Assembly (NCBI GenBank): GCA_964291265.2
Contig: OZ219747.1
Coordinates: forward strand, 3,392,001-3,456,000
Direction: 5' to 3'
Source: Alphaproteobacteria bacterium
Lineage (GTDB): Bacteria; Pseudomonadota; Alphaproteobacteria; SP197
DNA length: 64,000 bases
The notes below the pieces were generated by a model. The model ran no database searches. It saw only the letters and a list, made by a program, of their open reading frames with translations, and was not told the DNA's origin. Made by a program: the position numbers and the translations under genes. Below are positions 42,440 through 54,240 of this stretch, one piece after another (position 1 is the stretch's first letter; each line of letters starts with the position of its first letter).

Positions 42440-43729
42440 TCACGCCGCCTGCCTCATGTTCCGGCGGCAGGCCTCGATGCGTCGTTCCAGTTCGGGGCGG
42501 AAGTGGCGTATCAGGCCCTGGATCGGCCATGCTGCAGCATCGCCAAGGGCACAGATGGTGTGGCCCTCTATCTGGGTCGTGACCTCCTGCAGCAGGTCGA
42601 TCTCGCCGGGTTCCGCCCGGCCCTCGATCATGCGCCCGAGCACACGCATCATCCAGCCGGTCCCTTCACGGCATGGGGTGCACTGGCCACAACTCTCGTG
42701 GTGATAGAACTTCGACAATCGCCAGATCGCCCGGACGATGTCGGTGGATCGGTCCATGACGATGACCGCGGCGGTGCCAAGACCCGACTGGACGTCCTTG
42801 AGGCGGTCGAAATTCATCGCCACGTCGTCACAGATCGCCTTCGGGATCAGGGGAACGGAGGAGCCGCCCGGGATGACGGCAAGAAGGTTGTTCCAGCCTC
42901 CCCTGACACCCCCTGCGTGGCGCTCGATGAGTTCCCTCAAGGAAATTCCCATCTCCTCCTCGACATTGCAGGGCTCGTTGACGTGACCGGAGATGCAGAA
43001 GATCTTGGTACCGGTGTTCTTCGGTTCACCCAGGCCGGCAAACCACGAAGCGCCACGGCGCATGATGGTCGGCGCCACGGCCACGGTCTCGACATTGGAG
43101 ATGGTCGTCGGACATCCCCAGAGCCCCGCCATGGCCGGAAACGGCGGCTTGAGGCGCGGCATGCCCTTCTTGCCCTCGAGGCTTTCGAGGAGGGCCGTCT
43201 CCTCGCCGCAGATGTAGGCTCCGGCGCCGCGGTGGAGGTGGATATCGAAGTCGTATCCCGAACCGCAGGCATTGCGTCCGATGAGACCGGCCTCCAGTGC
43301 TTCGTCGATGGCGGACTGGAGCACTCTTGCCTCGTTCGCGAACTCGCCGCGGATGTAGATGTAGGCCGCCGTCGCGCGCATGGCGAAACCGGCGACAAGA
43401 CAGCCTTCGATGAGTTTGTGGGGATCATGGCGGATGATGTCGCGATCCTTGCAGGTGCCGGGCTCGCTCTCGTCCGCATTCACCACGAGAAAGGCCGGTT
43501 GACCGGAGGGGCGTTCAGCCGGCATGAACGACCACTTGAGGCCCGTCGGGAATCCGGCGCCGCCACGACCACGCAGTTCCGATGCCTTGACTTCACCGAT
43601 GATGTCGGCCGCACCCCGCGCCAGCAGCTGGCCTGTGCCGTCCCAGTCCCCCCGCCTTCTCGCTGCATCCAGAAACGGGCTCTGGAAACCGTAGAGATTG
43701 GTGAAGATCCGGTCCCTGTCCTGCAGCAT
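42440..43729 (-). CDS. nuoF: NADH-quinone oxidoreductase subunit F
   Basis: [32 protein letters not shown]. Confidence 0.98.
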   Translation of the reverse strand: MLQDRDRIFTNLYGFQSPFLDAARRRGDWDGTGQLLARGAADIIGEVKASELRGRGGAGFPTGLKWSFMPAERPSGQPAFLVVNADESEPGTCKDRDIIRHDPHKLIEGCLVAGFAMRATAAYIYIRGEFANEARVLQSAIDEALEAGLIGRNACGSGYDFDIHLHRGAGAYICGEETALLESLEGKKGMPRLKPPFPAMAGLWGCPTTISNVETVAVAPTIMRRGASWFAGLGEPKNTGTKIFCISGHVNEPCNVEEEMGISLRELIERHAGGVRGGWNNLLAVIPGGSSVPLIPKAICDDVAMNFDRLKDVQSGLGTAAVIVMDRSTDIVRAIWRLSKFYHHESCGQCTPCREGTGWMMRVLGRMIEGRAEPGEIDLLQEVTTQIEGHTICALGDAAAWPIQGLIRHFRPELERRIEACRRNMRQAA

Positions 43730-43732
43730 GAC

Positions 43733-44344
43733 TCACTCCTCACCGATGAGGGTTCGCGGACCCGACTGCGGTTCCGATGCGTGGCGCCCGCCCTGCGGTC
43801 CCGTCCGCGGCCTTTCACCCGCGGCCAGCGCGTCCAGGACGGCGATCATGCTGCCGGCGTCCAGGTCCTCGTAGTAGTCGTCGTTGATCTGCACCATCGG
43901 AGCATTGACGCATGCACCGAGACACTCGACCTCCTTGAGCGTGAAGAGGCCGTCGGGCGTGGTTTCGTCGAAATCGATGTCGAGCCGGTTGCGGCAGGCC
44001 TCCACGATGGCATCGCTGTCACGCAGCATGCAGGGCGTGGTGGTGCAGACCTGAACGAGATAGCGCCCCACCGGCTCCAGGTTGAACATCGTGTAGAAGG
44101 TGCCCACCTCGTAGACCCGGATGCGCGGCATGGCAAGCATGTCGGCCACCGTGTCCATGGCGGCGACGGGCACCCAGCCCGCCTGGCGTTGCGCGAGATC
44201 GAGCAACGGCAGGACCGCACTCGCGGTGCGGCCCGGCGGGTACCGAGCCATGATCCGCTCCGCCTCCTCCAGGTTGGCCTTCGTGAAGGTGAACGAATCG
44301 GGTTGCTGTCCCGCCGCGCCCGGATGTCCGCCAGCCTGGCTCAT
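43733..44344 (-). CDS. nuoE: NADH-quinone oxidoreductase subunit E
   Basis: [17 protein letters not shown]. Confidence 0.96.
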   Translation of the reverse strand: MSQAGGHPGAAGQQPDSFTFTKANLEEAERIMARYPPGRTASAVLPLLDLAQRQAGWVPVAAMDTVADMLAMPRIRVYEVGTFYTMFNLEPVGRYLVQVCTTTPCMLRDSDAIVEACRNRLDIDFDETTPDGLFTLKEVECLGACVNAPMVQINDDYYEDLDAGSMIAVLDALAAGERPRTGPQGGRHASEPQSGPRTLIGEE

Positions 44345-45519
44345 CGGTCGATTTCCCCGAACACGATGTCCATGCTGCCGACGATCGCCGCCGCATCCGC
44401 CAGCATGTGCCCCTTGCACAGGTGGTCGGTGGCAGCGAGGTGAAGAAACCCCGGCGCCCGGATGCGGCACCGGTAAGGCCTGTTGGTGCCGTCGGATACA
44501 ATGTAGACACCGAACTCGCCCTTGGGCGCCTCCACCGCCCTGTATGTTTCACCCTCGGGCACGTGGTAGCCCTCGGTGAAGAGCTTGAAGTGGTGAATGA
44601 GGGCCTCCATGGACTGTTTCATGTCGGCCCGCGATGGCGGCGCAACCTTGGGATTGGCGGTCATCACCGGACCGGTGGGCATGTCGGCGATGCACTGGCG
44701 GATGATGCGGATGGACTGGCGCATTTCCTCGATGCGACACATATAGCGCTCGAAGCAATCTCCGGTCGAACCCACCGGCACGTCGAACTCCATCCTGTCG
44801 TAGACATCATAGGGCTGCGTCTTGCGCAAATCCCAGGGGACGCCTGCACTCCGCAGCATGGGCCCCGAAAAACCCCAGTCGATGGCATCGTCGACCGAGA
44901 CCGCGCCGATGTCCACGGTTCGCTGCTTGAAGATACGGTTCTCGTTGAGAAGATGTTCGATGTCTGCGATGACCCGGGGAAGCGCGTCGACGCAGCTTTC
45001 GATATCGCCTTCGAGACCGGCGGGAAGGTCCCGGGCGACGCCGCCCGGACGGAACCACGCCGCGTGCATGCGCGCACCGGACGCCCTTTCATAGAACTCC
45101 ATGAGCTTCTCGCGTTCCTCGAACGCCCACAGCGCCGGAGTCAGGGCGCCCACGTCCATGGCGAACGTGGTGACGTTGAGCAGGTGATTGAGCAGCCGCG
45201 TGATCTCGCAAAAGAGCACGCGGGCATACTGGCCGCGCGGCGGCACCTCGATCTGGAGCAGTGTCTCCACGGCGAGCGCGTAGGCATGTTCGAGACACAT
45301 CGGCGAGACATAGTCGAGGCGGTCGAAGTAGGGAACTGCCTGGAGCCAGGTCTTGTACTCGATCAGCTTTTCGGTGCCACGGTGCAGCAGTCCGATATGC
45401 GGGTCAGCGCGCTCGACCACTTCTCCGTCCATCTCGAGGACCAGACGCAGCACGCCGTGTGCCGCCGGATGCTGGGGACCGAAGTTGATGGTCGTCGTCC
45501 TGATGTCGACTTCAGCCAT
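44341..45519 (-). CDS. nuoD: NADH-quinone oxidoreductase subunit D
   Basis: [24 protein letters not shown]. Confidence 0.98.
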   Translation of the reverse strand: MAEVDIRTTTINFGPQHPAAHGVLRLVLEMDGEVVERADPHIGLLHRGTEKLIEYKTWLQAVPYFDRLDYVSPMCLEHAYALAVETLLQIEVPPRGQYARVLFCEITRLLNHLLNVTTFAMDVGALTPALWAFEEREKLMEFYERASGARMHAAWFRPGGVARDLPAGLEGDIESCVDALPRVIADIEHLLNENRIFKQRTVDIGAVSVDDAIDWGFSGPMLRSAGVPWDLRKTQPYDVYDRMEFDVPVGSTGDCFERYMCRIEEMRQSIRIIRQCIADMPTGPVMTANPKVAPPSRADMKQSMEALIHHFKLFTEGYHVPEGETYRAVEAPKGEFGVYIVSDGTNRPYRCRIRAPGFLHLAATDHLCKGHMLADAAAIVGSMDIVFGEIDR

Positions 45520-46105
45520 CTTCCGGCATCCCGGGCATGCCGGCCGCTTCCCAGGGCGACAGGCTGTCGAAGTTCCGAAAGGCCTGCGTCAGCTTCACAC
45601 GCTCGTAGATCACCCGTTTCTGGTCCTCGTCGTATCGCATCTCGACATGACCGGTCAGGGGAAAATCCTTGCGTTGCGGATGGCCTTCGAAACCGTAGTC
45701 GGTGAGAATGCGGCGGAGGTCCGGATGGCCATGGAAACGAATGCCGTACATGTCCCAGACCTCGCGTTCGAGCCACAGGGCGGCGCTGAACACCGGGAAG
45801 CACGATGGCACGTCTTCGTCCTCGGCCACTGTGATGGCGACACGCATCCGCAGGTTGTGCTGCAGGCTGAGCAGATTGTAGACGACAGTAAAACGCTTCT
45901 CGTCCTCTGGACGATCGACCGCCGTGAGGTCCACCAGCTGCCGGAAGCGGCAGCTGGTGTCGTCGCGCAACCACGTCAGGAGAGAGATGATGCACCCGGG
46001 GGCGGCGTGGAGCGTGGCCTGCCCGGTCTGAAAGACGAGTTCGCCGACGCAGCTTCCATGGCGCAGTCTTGCGGCACCGCCGATTTCGTTCAGGGCTTCG
46101 GACAT
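45512..46105 (-). CDS. nuoC: NADH-quinone oxidoreductase subunit C
   Basis: [28 protein letters not shown]. Confidence 0.97.
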   Translation of the reverse strand: MSEALNEIGGAARLRHGSCVGELVFQTGQATLHAAPGCIISLLTWLRDDTSCRFRQLVDLTAVDRPEDEKRFTVVYNLLSLQHNLRMRVAITVAEDEDVPSCFPVFSAALWLEREVWDMYGIRFHGHPDLRRILTDYGFEGHPQRKDFPLTGHVEMRYDEDQKRVIYERVKLTQAFRNFDSLSPWEAAGMPGMPEDG

Positions 46106-46120
46106 CAGGTGGACGTCCCG

Positions 46121-46630
46121 TCAGCGTCTGATCGTGCCGGTGCGGCGAATCTTCTTCTGCAGCTGCAGGATCCCGTAGACCAGCGCCTCGGCGGTGGGCG
46201 GACAGCCCGGGACATAGACATCGACCGGAACGATGCGGTCGCAACCACGCACGACGGAATAGGAGTAATGGTAGTAGCCGCCCCCGTTGGCGCACGAACC
46301 CATGGAAATGACCCAGCGCGGCTCCGGCATCTGATCATAGAGCTTGCGCAGGGCCGGCGCCATCTTGTTGCACAGGGTGCCGGCCACGATCATGACATCC
46401 GACTGTCTGGGGCTGGCTCTCGGGATGACCCCGAACCGGTCGAGATCGTAGCGGCTCATGTACGCGTGGATCATCTCCACGCCGCAGCAGGCCAGCCCGA
46501 AGGTCATGGGCCACAGACTCCCCGTCCGCGCCCAGTTCACGAGGCGATCGACGTTCGTCACGACGAAGCCCCTGTCCTCGATTTCCGCCCCGAGAAGGTG
46601 GGGCAGGTCGTCCCTTGCTTCTATTCCCAT
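46121..46630 (-). CDS. nuoB: NADH-quinone oxidoreductase subunit B
   Basis: [20 protein letters not shown]. Confidence 0.97.
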   Translation of the reverse strand: MGIEARDDLPHLLGAEIEDRGFVVTNVDRLVNWARTGSLWPMTFGLACCGVEMIHAYMSRYDLDRFGVIPRASPRQSDVMIVAGTLCNKMAPALRKLYDQMPEPRWVISMGSCANGGGYYHYSYSVVRGCDRIVPVDVYVPGCPPTAEALVYGILQLQKKIRRTGTIRR

Positions 46631-46986
46631 TCGAGAGCTCCCTTGCGCCATTCGTAAATGAAACCGGCGGTCAGAACGGCGAGGAACACGACCATGGACC
46701 AGAAGCCGAAGAGGCCGATTTCCGGGAGCGACACGGCCCACGGAAACAGGAACGCGACCTCCAGATCGAAGATGATGAAGAGAATGGCGACCAGGTAGAA
46801 GCGGACATCGAAGCGGCCACGCGCATTCTCGAACGCGTCGAAACCACATTCGTAGGCCGACAGCTTTTGCGGATCGGGTTTCTGATGGGCGATGAACCAG
46901 GACGCTCCGACCATGGCGCCGGCCATGACAATGGCCAGACCCAGGAAGACGAGGATCGCAAGGTACTCAAGCAGGAATTCCGTCAT
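46621..46986 (-). CDS. nuoA: NADH-quinone oxidoreductase subunit A
   Basis: [25 protein letters not shown]. Confidence 0.97.
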   Translation of the reverse strand: MTEFLLEYLAILVFLGLAIVMAGAMVGASWFIAHQKPDPQKLSAYECGFDAFENARGRFDVRFYLVAILFIIFDLEVAFLFPWAVSLPEIGLFGFWSMVVFLAVLTAGFIYEWRKGALEWE

Positions 46987-47031
46987 GAGTGCTCCCTGCG
47001 CTACCTGGACTCGTCAGTGGACATGAACATG

Positions 47032-47108
47032 TGGCGGGAGTGACGGGACTCGAACCCGCGACCTCTGGCGTGACAGGCCAGCACTCTAACCAGCTGAGCT
47101 ACACCCCC
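47032..47108 (-). tRNA. tRNA-Asp (GTC)
   Basis: Cloverleaf, anticodon arm ctggc-ctGTCac-gccag, GTTCGA, encoded CCA. Confidence 0.96.
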
Positions 47109-47123
47109 GAAAAACGACGCTTA

Positions 47124-47153
47124 CGTCTAGGCGACAAGTCCCCCTTGTGTCAA
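47124..47153 (-). promoter_or_regulatory. Putative sigma70 promoter for tRNA-Asp (and possibly nuo)
   Basis: TTGACA-18 nt-TAGACG on minus strand. Confidence 0.45.
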
Positions 47154-47175
47154 GCCGTGCCGCAGGCCAGGACCC

Positions 47176-47250
47176 GGTGGGCGGTGACGGGCTCGAACCG
47201 CCGGCCTACTGGGTGTAAACCAGTCGCTCTTCCTGCTGAGCTAACCGCCC
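47176..47250 (-). tRNA. tRNA-Val (TAC)
   Basis: Cloverleaf, anticodon loop ttTACac, GTTCGA; 3' end reads ACC then G (full CCA not encoded). Confidence 0.93.
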
Positions 47251-47286
47251 TGGAGGGCCGTCACACGTCCCGGTGGATGCAGGGAA

Positions 47287-47562
47287 CTACGACGAGACAG
47301 CATCCTTGAGAGCGAGGCCTGCCTTGAACTTGGGCAAGGTCTTCGCCGGAATCGTCATCGGCTCATTCGTTCGAGGGTTGCGCCCCGTCGATGCCGCGCG
47401 CTGGCTCACGGAAAACGTGCCGAAGCCCACCAGACGGACATCGTCGCCCCTGGCAAGGGCACCAGTGATGCCGTCGAACACCGCGTCCACGGCCCTGGCG
47501 GCGTCGGCCTTGGAAAGACCGGCCGATTCACTGACAGCACTGACAAGATCACTCTTCCTCAT
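47287..47562 (-). CDS. hupB: DNA-binding protein HU
   Basis: LVGFGTF, GRNPRT, PKFKAG; downstream of lon. Confidence 0.94.
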   Translation of the reverse strand: MRKSDLVSAVSESAGLSKADAARAVDAVFDGITGALARGDDVRLVGFGTFSVSQRAASTGRNPRTNEPMTIPAKTLPKFKAGLALKDAVSS

Positions 47563-47651
47563 TGACGGTCTCCGTTTTTCCGCGACGCTGTGTTGGTTAC
47601 CCAGAGTGTCACTCTAGGGAGGGGCACTCACATCGTCAATCATCCTCAGCC

Positions 47652-50048
47652 TCAGTGCGTGACCACATCTTCGGTCTCACCGACATGGCGCGCCAGCCGC
47701 TCCATCTCTTCCACGTCGGCGTCGGACCATTCCACCGGTACCGGCGTCTCGGCGAGGGCCATGTGCACGACGTCATCAACCGATGACACGGCGATGATGT
47801 TGAGTCCCCGCTTGACGTTGTCCGGAATCTCCTTGAGATCCTTTTCGTTTTCCAGCGGGATGATGACGGTCTCGATGGCGCTGCGATGGGCGGCAAGGAG
47901 CTTTTCCTTGAGCCCGCCGATGGGAAGGACACGTCCCCTCAGCGTGATCTCGCCGGTCATGGCGACGGTGCGTTTGACCGGAATGCCCGTGAGGGCCGAA
48001 AGCATCGAAATGAACATGGCGATTCCCGCCGACGGTCCGTCCTTGGGTGTGGCGCCCTCCGGCACATGGACGTGGATATCGCGCTTGTCGAAGACAGTCG
48101 GTTTCAGACCGAACTCAGGAGAGCGGGCACGCAGGTAGCTGCGCGCGGCCTGCACCGATTCCTGCATGACGTCGCCGAGCTTCCCCGTAATCGTCATCTT
48201 GCCGCGACCGGGCAGCACGACGGCCTCGATGGAAAGCAGCTCTCCTCCGGTATCCGTGTAGGCGAGGCCACTCGTGATCCCCACCATGTCGTCATACTCC
48301 ACTTCCCCGAAACGGTAGCGCCTGACGCCGGAGAACTTCTCGAGATTGCGCGATGTCACCCTGACCTTCTTCATCTCGCCGGCAACGATCATCTTGACCG
48401 CCTTGCGCTGGAGATTCGCGATCTCCCGTTCCAGATTGCGCACGCCGGCTTCCCGCGTGTAGTAGCGAATCACGTCACGAAGCGCGCCCTCGGTGATCGA
48501 CCACTCGCCGTCCTTCAGCCCATGGGCCTTGTACTGCTTGGCGATCAGGTGGTCGGTGGCGATTCTCACCTTCTCGTCTTCGGTGTAGCCGGAAAGGCGG
48601 ATCACCTCCATGCGATCAAGCAGAGCCTGGGGTATGCGGGTGGTATTGGCGGTGGTGACGAACATGACATCGGAAAGGTCGTAGTCCACCTCGAGATAAT
48701 GGTCATTGAACGACACGTTCTGCTCCGGGTCGAGAACCTCGAGAAGCGCCGAACTCGGATCGCCCCGCCAATCGCTGCCAAGCTTGTCGATCTCGTCGAG
48801 AAGGAACAGGGGATTGGATGTGCTTGCCTTCTTCATTCCCTGGAGGATCTTGCCCGGCATGGATCCGATATAGGTGCGGCGGTGGCCGCGGATTTCCGCT
48901 TCGTCGCGCACGCCACCCAGCGACATGCGCACGAACTTGCGTCCCGTCGCCCTGGCGACCGATCGGCCCAGCGAGGTCTTGCCAACGCCCGGGGGGCCGA
49001 CCAGACACAGGATGGGGCCCTTGAGCTTGCGCGAACGCGCCTGGACGGCGAGATACTCGACAATCCTCTCCTTGACCTTTTCGAGACCGAAGTGATCGGC
49101 GTCGAGAATGGTCTCGGCGTTGGTGATGTCACGCTTGAGCTTCGAACGCTTCTTCCACGGAATGGACAGCATCCAGTCAAGGTAGTTCCTGACCACCGTT
49201 GCCTCGGCCGACATCGGGCTCATCGTGCGCAGTTTCTTGACCTCCGCCAGCGCCCGTTCCCGGGCCTCCTTCGACAGACTGGTCGAATCGATCTTCTTCT
49301 CGTACTCGCCGACCTCGTCCCGGCCATCCTCACCCTCGCCGAGCTCCTTCTGGATCGCCTTCATCTGCTCGTTGAGATAGTACTCGCGTTGCGATTTCTC
49401 CATCTGCTGCTTGACCCGGCCGCGGATCTTCTTTTCCACCTTGCGCACCGAGATCTCGCCCTCGATGAGGGCATAGACGCGTTCCAGGCGCCGGACCACC
49501 GATTCGGCCTCGAGAAGTTCCTGCTTGTCGGCGATCCTGATGGTGAGATGGGAGGCGACTGTATCGACCAGCTTCGCCGGAGACTCGATCTGTTCCAGGG
49601 ACGTCACGACCTCGGGAGGGATTTTCTTGGCGAGCTTGACGTAGTCCGCGAAGAGCGCCGTCACGGCACGGGCGAGAGCCAGTTGCTGAGCCTCGTCGGA
49701 TGCGCTTTCCGCGAAGGGCGACACCACAGCCCTGATGCACCGTTCATCCTCGAGGAAATCGGTGATGGCCGCCCGGTGTGACCCCTCCACGAGCACCTTG
49801 ACCGTGTCATCGGGCAGCTTGAGGAGTTGCAGCACACTCGACACGGTTCCGACACCGTAGAGAGCGCCGGGGTCCGGATCGTCCTGGGAGCCGTCCTTCT
49901 GGGCAACCAGAAGTATCTGCCTGTCCCCGGACATGACTTCCTGCAGCGCCCGCACGGACTTCTGGCGGCCGACGAAGAGCGGCACCACCATGCCCGGAAA
50001 GACAACGATGTCCCGCAAGGGCAGCACCGGATACTGGGATTCACTCAT
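47652..50048 (-). CDS. lon: Lon protease
   Basis: GPPGVGKTS, PKDGPSAG, IGGLKEK. Confidence 0.99.
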   Translation of the reverse strand: MSESQYPVLPLRDIVVFPGMVVPLFVGRQKSVRALQEVMSGDRQILLVAQKDGSQDDPDPGALYGVGTVSSVLQLLKLPDDTVKVLVEGSHRAAITDFLEDERCIRAVVSPFAESASDEAQQLALARAVTALFADYVKLAKKIPPEVVTSLEQIESPAKLVDTVASHLTIRIADKQELLEAESVVRRLERVYALIEGEISVRKVEKKIRGRVKQQMEKSQREYYLNEQMKAIQKELGEGEDGRDEVGEYEKKIDSTSLSKEARERALAEVKKLRTMSPMSAEATVVRNYLDWMLSIPWKKRSKLKRDITNAETILDADHFGLEKVKERIVEYLAVQARSRKLKGPILCLVGPPGVGKTSLGRSVARATGRKFVRMSLGGVRDEAEIRGHRRTYIGSMPGKILQGMKKASTSNPLFLLDEIDKLGSDWRGDPSSALLEVLDPEQNVSFNDHYLEVDYDLSDVMFVTTANTTRIPQALLDRMEVIRLSGYTEDEKVRIATDHLIAKQYKAHGLKDGEWSITEGALRDVIRYYTREAGVRNLEREIANLQRKAVKMIVAGEMKKVRVTSRNLEKFSGVRRYRFGEVEYDDMVGITSGLAYTDTGGELLSIEAVVLPGRGKMTITGKLGDVMQESVQAARSYLRARSPEFGLKPTVFDKRDIHVHVPEGATPKDGPSAGIAMFISMLSALTGIPVKRTVAMTGEITLRGRVLPIGGLKEKLLAAHRSAIETVIIPLENEKDLKEIPDNVKRGLNIIAVSSVDDVVHMALAETPVPVEWSDADVEEMERLARHVGETEDVVTH

Positions 50049-50083
50049 GAGGACACGATCTCCGGTCTGGGCTCAATCTGGGA

Positions 50084-50112
50084 AAATGGCTACGACAGGG
50101 CGCCCGATCAAG
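50084..50112 (-). promoter_or_regulatory. Possible sigma32-type lon promoter
   Basis: CTTGAT-17 nt-CCATTT upstream of lon. Confidence 0.35.
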
Positions 50113-50129
50113 GGGCAGGGCCCGTGGGC

Positions 50130-50312
50130 CAGGACTATTCTTTTGTCCGGTTTCGTCCGACGAGGGGCGTTGTAGGCAGATCTGGAGGTCCATTCGTGAC
50201 CGGATTTCGTTGTCGATATGCCGGTTTCGACCTCGAGAAGGTGCCACCAAACTCAAGAACGGTCACTCTGACGCGGTTGTCCACCGCCGATCGCGACAAC
50301 AGAAAGGTCCTG
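50130..50312. mobile_element. 183-bp MITE, copy 2 (inverted relative to copy 1)
   Basis: Reverse complement aligns end to end with 14979-15160 (about 90% by eye); ends caggactattcttttgtc / gacaacagaaaggtcctg. Confidence 0.9.
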
Positions 50313-50365
50313 CGGACCCCCGCCGGAGACTTGATGAAAACCCGCCCCCGGGGCAGGATGCGCCC

Positions 50366-50707
50366 ATGATGTCGTCCTTCGACACCCTCGCTGCCGCTGA
50401 GGCTCTCCAGGACGCCGGCGCGAAGCCCGAACTCGCCAAGGCCATGGCCGCCCAGCTCAAGGCCGCGGCGAAAGCCGGCGAACCCGTCACAAGACCCGAA
50501 CTCGACGCCGCTCTCGGCACACTCAAGGCCGAACTTCTTGAACGAATCGCCGCGACCGAGACGCGCCTGCTCGGACGCATCGCCGAGACGGAACGCCGGC
50601 TGATGGACCGCACGGCCGCCCTCGTCTGGCGGCTGTTCGGCGCCATGGTCGCGCTCGCCGGCATCACCGTCGCGACGCTCGAATACCTGCGCACACCACA
50701 GGACTGA
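50366..50707 (+). CDS. DUF1640/CCDC90-like coiled-coil membrane protein (113 aa)
   Basis: FDTLAAAEALQDAG head, VTRPEL neck, 11-residue repeats, C-terminal TM; stop codon overlaps the TIR; TTGATG-17-CAGGAT-6-ATG upstream. Confidence 0.78.
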   Translation: MMSSFDTLAAAEALQDAGAKPELAKAMAAQLKAAAKAGEPVTRPELDAALGTLKAELLERIAATETRLLGRIAETERRLMDRTAALVWRLFGAMVALAGITVATLEYLRTPQD

Positions 50708-50748
50708 CAAAAGAATGGTCCTGGCGCGCGGGCGGCTGCTCCGGGGGA

Positions 50749-52011
50749 TCACGATGCCGGCGTCGCCTCGCCTTCCCGATCGCCATAGATGAGCATGGGT
50801 GCGGAACCGCGCTCCACGGTTTCGCTGTTCACCACGACGTTCTGAACGTTCTCCATGCCTGGCAGTTCGTACATGGTATCAAGCAGTATGGTCTCGAGAA
50901 TGGAACGCAGCCCCCGTGCCCCGGTCTTGCGGGCAATCGCCTTGCGCGCCACCGAGCGCAGGGCGTCTTCGGTGAAGTCAAGCTCGATGTCGTCCATCTC
51001 GAAGAGTTTCTGATACTGCTTCACCAGGGCATTGCGGGGTTCGCGGAGAATCTTCACCAGGGTTTCCTCGTCCGGTTCATCGAGCGTCGCAATGACCGGA
51101 AGCCGGCCGACGAACTCCGGAATCAGTCCGTACTTGAGCAGGTCCTCGGGTTCCACGTCCCGCAGGATGGCGCCAAACTGGCGGTCCTCCGGCGTTCGCA
51201 GGTCAGCGCCGAAGCCGATGGCGGTCGACTTTCCGCGAGCGGTGATGATCCTGTCGAGTCCCGAGAAGGCGCCGCCGCAGATGAACAGGATGTTGGTCGT
51301 GTCGACCTGCAGGAACTCCTGGAGCGGATGCTTGCGTCCACCCTGGGGCGGCACCGAAACAACCGTGCCTTCCATGATCTTCAGGAGGGCCTGCTGCACA
51401 CCCTCACCGGAGACATCCCGCGTAATCGAAGGGTTCTCGGACTTGCGCGCGATCTTGTCCACCTCGTCGATGAAGACGATGCCGCGCTGGGCCCGTTCGA
51501 CATTGTAGTCGGCCGCCTGCACCAGCTTGAGGATGATGTTCTCGACGTCTTCGCCGACATAGCCGGCTTCCGTCAGGCTCGTGGCATCCGCCATGGCGAA
51601 GGGAACGTCGGTGATGCGGGCCAGGGTCTGGGCAAACAGCGTCTTGCCGGAGCCCGTGGGTCCGATGAGCATGATGTTGGATTTCGCCAGCTCGACCTGC
51701 TCGCTGCGATCCCCGCCGTCGAGCCTCTTGTAGTGGTTGTGGACCGCCACGGAGAGGATTCGCTTGGCGGTGTCCTGGCCGATCACGTATTCCATGAGGA
51801 TGGCGTTGATCTCGCGCGGTGTCGGAACATCGCCCCGCGGCGACCTGACCACCGATCCGCGATTCTCCTCGCGGATGATGTCCATGCAGAGTTCGACGCA
51901 CTCATCGCAGACGAACACCGTCGGACCGGCGATCAGCTTGCGGATCTCGTGCTGGCTCTTGCCGCAAAAGGAACAGTAGAGCGTGTTCTTCGAGTCGCCC
52001 TTCTTGCTCAT
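50749..52011 (-). CDS. clpX: ClpX ATPase
   Basis: CSFCGK zinc finger, [11 protein letters not shown] loop. Confidence 0.99.
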   Translation of the reverse strand: MSKKGDSKNTLYCSFCGKSQHEIRKLIAGPTVFVCDECVELCMDIIREENRGSVVRSPRGDVPTPREINAILMEYVIGQDTAKRILSVAVHNHYKRLDGGDRSEQVELAKSNIMLIGPTGSGKTLFAQTLARITDVPFAMADATSLTEAGYVGEDVENIILKLVQAADYNVERAQRGIVFIDEVDKIARKSENPSITRDVSGEGVQQALLKIMEGTVVSVPPQGGRKHPLQEFLQVDTTNILFICGGAFSGLDRIITARGKSTAIGFGADLRTPEDRQFGAILRDVEPEDLLKYGLIPEFVGRLPVIATLDEPDEETLVKILREPRNALVKQYQKLFEMDDIELDFTEDALRSVARKAIARKTGARGLRSILETILLDTMYELPGMENVQNVVVNSETVERGSAPMLIYGDREGEATPAS

Positions 52012-52090
52012 GAACCACTGTCCCCCTCGAGACCGTTCGCAACACCGGCATGTCAACACAACAGATGGCGGATGTGCAAGTCCGCCCGGT

Positions 52091-52729
52091 TCAGGAATCC
52101 CCGGCGTCCTTCGCCTCGCCGCGCGAGCAGACCACCTCGTCGATGAGGCCGAAATCCAGCGCCTGCGCCGGTGTCATGAAGGTATCACGCTCCATGCATT
52201 CTTCCACAGCCTCGAGAGACTGTCCGCTGTGACGCGAAAAGATGTCGTTGAGACGACGGCGCACCTCGACGATCTCCCGGGCATGTATCGCGATGTCGGA
52301 CGCCTGGCCCCGGACCCCTCCCGACGGCTGATGCAACATGACTCGCGCATGGGGCAGGGCCGAACGGCGGCCCCTGGAACCGGAACACAGGAGCAGGGCT
52401 CCCATCGACGCCGCCTGGCCGATACACAGGGTCTGAATCTCCGGGCGGATGTACTGCATGGTGTCATAGAGAGCGAGACCCGCCGTGACCGTGCCGCCCG
52501 GCGAGTTGATGTAGAGCGCGATGTCACGCGTCGGATTCTCGGCCTCGAGAAAGATCATCTGGGCACAAAGCAGGCTCGAGACATGATCATCCATCGGACC
52601 GGTCAGAAAGATGATCCGCTCCTTGAGCAGGCGTGAATAGATGTCGTAGGCGCGCTCGCCTCTCGCCGTCTGTTCCACCACCATGGGCACCAGGGTGTTG
52701 GCATGGATGTCATCGGCATCCCGCATCAC
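52091..52729 (-). CDS. clpP: ClpP protease
   Basis: [33 protein letters not shown]. Confidence 0.98.
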   Translation of the reverse strand: MMRDADDIHANTLVPMVVEQTARGERAYDIYSRLLKERIIFLTGPMDDHVSSLLCAQMIFLEAENPTRDIALYINSPGGTVTAGLALYDTMQYIRPEIQTLCIGQAASMGALLLCSGSRGRRSALPHARVMLHQPSGGVRGQASDIAIHAREIVEVRRRLNDIFSRHSGQSLEAVEECMERDTFMTPAQALDFGLIDEVVCSRGEAKDAGDS

Positions 52730-54177
52730 CGGGACGCCCCTTCCACCCCTTCGGCGGCCTCGGCGTCTCCGGCGTCGGCGGCATCCGAGACCTTCAGGCG
52801 CTCCCCGAGGTTGCGTATGACGCGCCCGGCGACCCGCATGTAGTGTTCCCTGGCATGGGTGGCTTTCACCCCGTCTTCATCGTTGTCGAGGTCGAGGAAT
52901 GTCCTCACATCCATGGTCTCCCTGTCGCATGCGGCGGACTCGAGGATGTGGTCGATCACGCGGTCCTCGACGATGGGCGCGGCGAATTGCCTCAGATCTT
53001 CGGGATGTTCCTGAAAATGCCGCACCACCTCGGCTTCCCGTCCGGGATGTCGTGCTGTCTGCTGAACGAGGATCGTCTGCAGGTCCGTCTGATCAACCCG
53101 GATGCCGACGTCCCCGGCGATCCTGGCCATCAACAGGGCCGCGCGAACCCGCCGTTCGGCGAGGGCGCGACAGTCGCTGCGTTCCCTCGCGAGGGCTTCC
53201 TCGTCCATGTCCCTTCGCTTCAGGGTGGGCTCGACCTGCTTCCACACCGAGCGGAACTCGCTTTCGACCAGGCCGGGCGGAACCTCGAAATCACAGGACT
53301 CGTTCAGATGGTCGATAAGACGGCGCTTGGTATAGTCGCGGGCCAATCTGGCGAAGAGCTCCTCCAGGGCCGTCTGCGCTTCCTCGCGAAGACCGTCCAG
53401 ATCGTCGCAGCCATAGTGCTCGGCGAGGCTGGCATCGACAGCGTGGGGAACCAGGCGCTCCGCCTTCAGGAGACTGATGCGAAAGAGGGCGGGGGAGCCG
53501 CCCTCTTCTTCGGCATCCGGCAACGGACTCTCGACCTCGACCCTGTTGCCCGTGGTGAGGCCCATGACGGCATCGAGAAGCCGCGGCGCAAGGCTCCCTT
53601 CAGTCAGGAAGATCTCCTGGCCTGCAGCACTCAACTCATCGCTTCTTTCGCCATCCACCAGCACCTCGATATCGGCCGTGATGCGGTCCTCGAGCATGAC
53701 CGGCGTGGCATTGTCGAGAACTTCCACCTTGCCGGCAGCGTGCGCCAGGGTGTCGAAGACTTCGACGATGTCCCTTTCGCTGACCTCGACGACAGGGACG
53801 GAAAGAACGAGGCCCGAAGGGTCGAAGGGCTCGATTTCGGGCATGACCTCGACGGCCAGAACGTACTCAAGGTTCTCGCCCTGGGAGAACGAGACATCCC
53901 GGACCGTTGCCGGCAGGGCCTGGCGAAACTTCCGTTGCGACAGTGCGTCGTTCGAACTTTCCCGGATCGCATCCCTGAGCACTTCCTTGACCACTCCGTC
54001 GCCGTGCATGCGGCGCAGCAGCTCCATGGGAACCTTGCCGGGCCGGAACCCCTTGATATGTGTGGATTTCTTCAGCTCCAGCAGACGGGCGTCAATGCGC
54101 GACGTCATCTGTGCCGCATCGATCACGACCTTGTATTCCCGCCTGAGACCCTCGTTGAGGGATTCGGTTACGTCCAT
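52726..54177 (-). CDS. tig: Trigger factor
   Basis: GFRPGKVP ribosome-binding motif; position upstream of clpP. Confidence 0.93.
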   Translation of the reverse strand: MDVTESLNEGLRREYKVVIDAAQMTSRIDARLLELKKSTHIKGFRPGKVPMELLRRMHGDGVVKEVLRDAIRESSNDALSQRKFRQALPATVRDVSFSQGENLEYVLAVEVMPEIEPFDPSGLVLSVPVVEVSERDIVEVFDTLAHAAGKVEVLDNATPVMLEDRITADIEVLVDGERSDELSAAGQEIFLTEGSLAPRLLDAVMGLTTGNRVEVESPLPDAEEEGGSPALFRISLLKAERLVPHAVDASLAEHYGCDDLDGLREEAQTALEELFARLARDYTKRRLIDHLNESCDFEVPPGLVESEFRSVWKQVEPTLKRRDMDEEALARERSDCRALAERRVRAALLMARIAGDVGIRVDQTDLQTILVQQTARHPGREAEVVRHFQEHPEDLRQFAAPIVEDRVIDHILESAACDRETMDVRTFLDLDNDEDGVKATHAREHYMRVAGRVIRNLGERLKVSDAADAGDAEAAEGVEGASR

Positions 54178-54240
54178 CTCGGCATCACATTCCGCTGAAG
54201 ACCCTGACCTCTTCCGGACAGCACTCGACCAACGATGACG

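Larger units (their letters stand above)
50130..50723. mobile_element. Composite non-autonomous cassette: MITE + passenger gene + third TIR
   Basis: Outer ends caggactattcttttgtc and gacaaaagaatggtcctg (17/18 inverted match); flanks gcccgtgggc / gcgcgcgggc (8/10). Confidence 0.75.

Noticed and set aside
47176-47250. tRNA-Val lacking CCA as a sign of integration or pseudogenisation
   Set aside because: Cloverleaf intact, CCA can be added post-transcriptionally, and no att duplicate or integrase nearby
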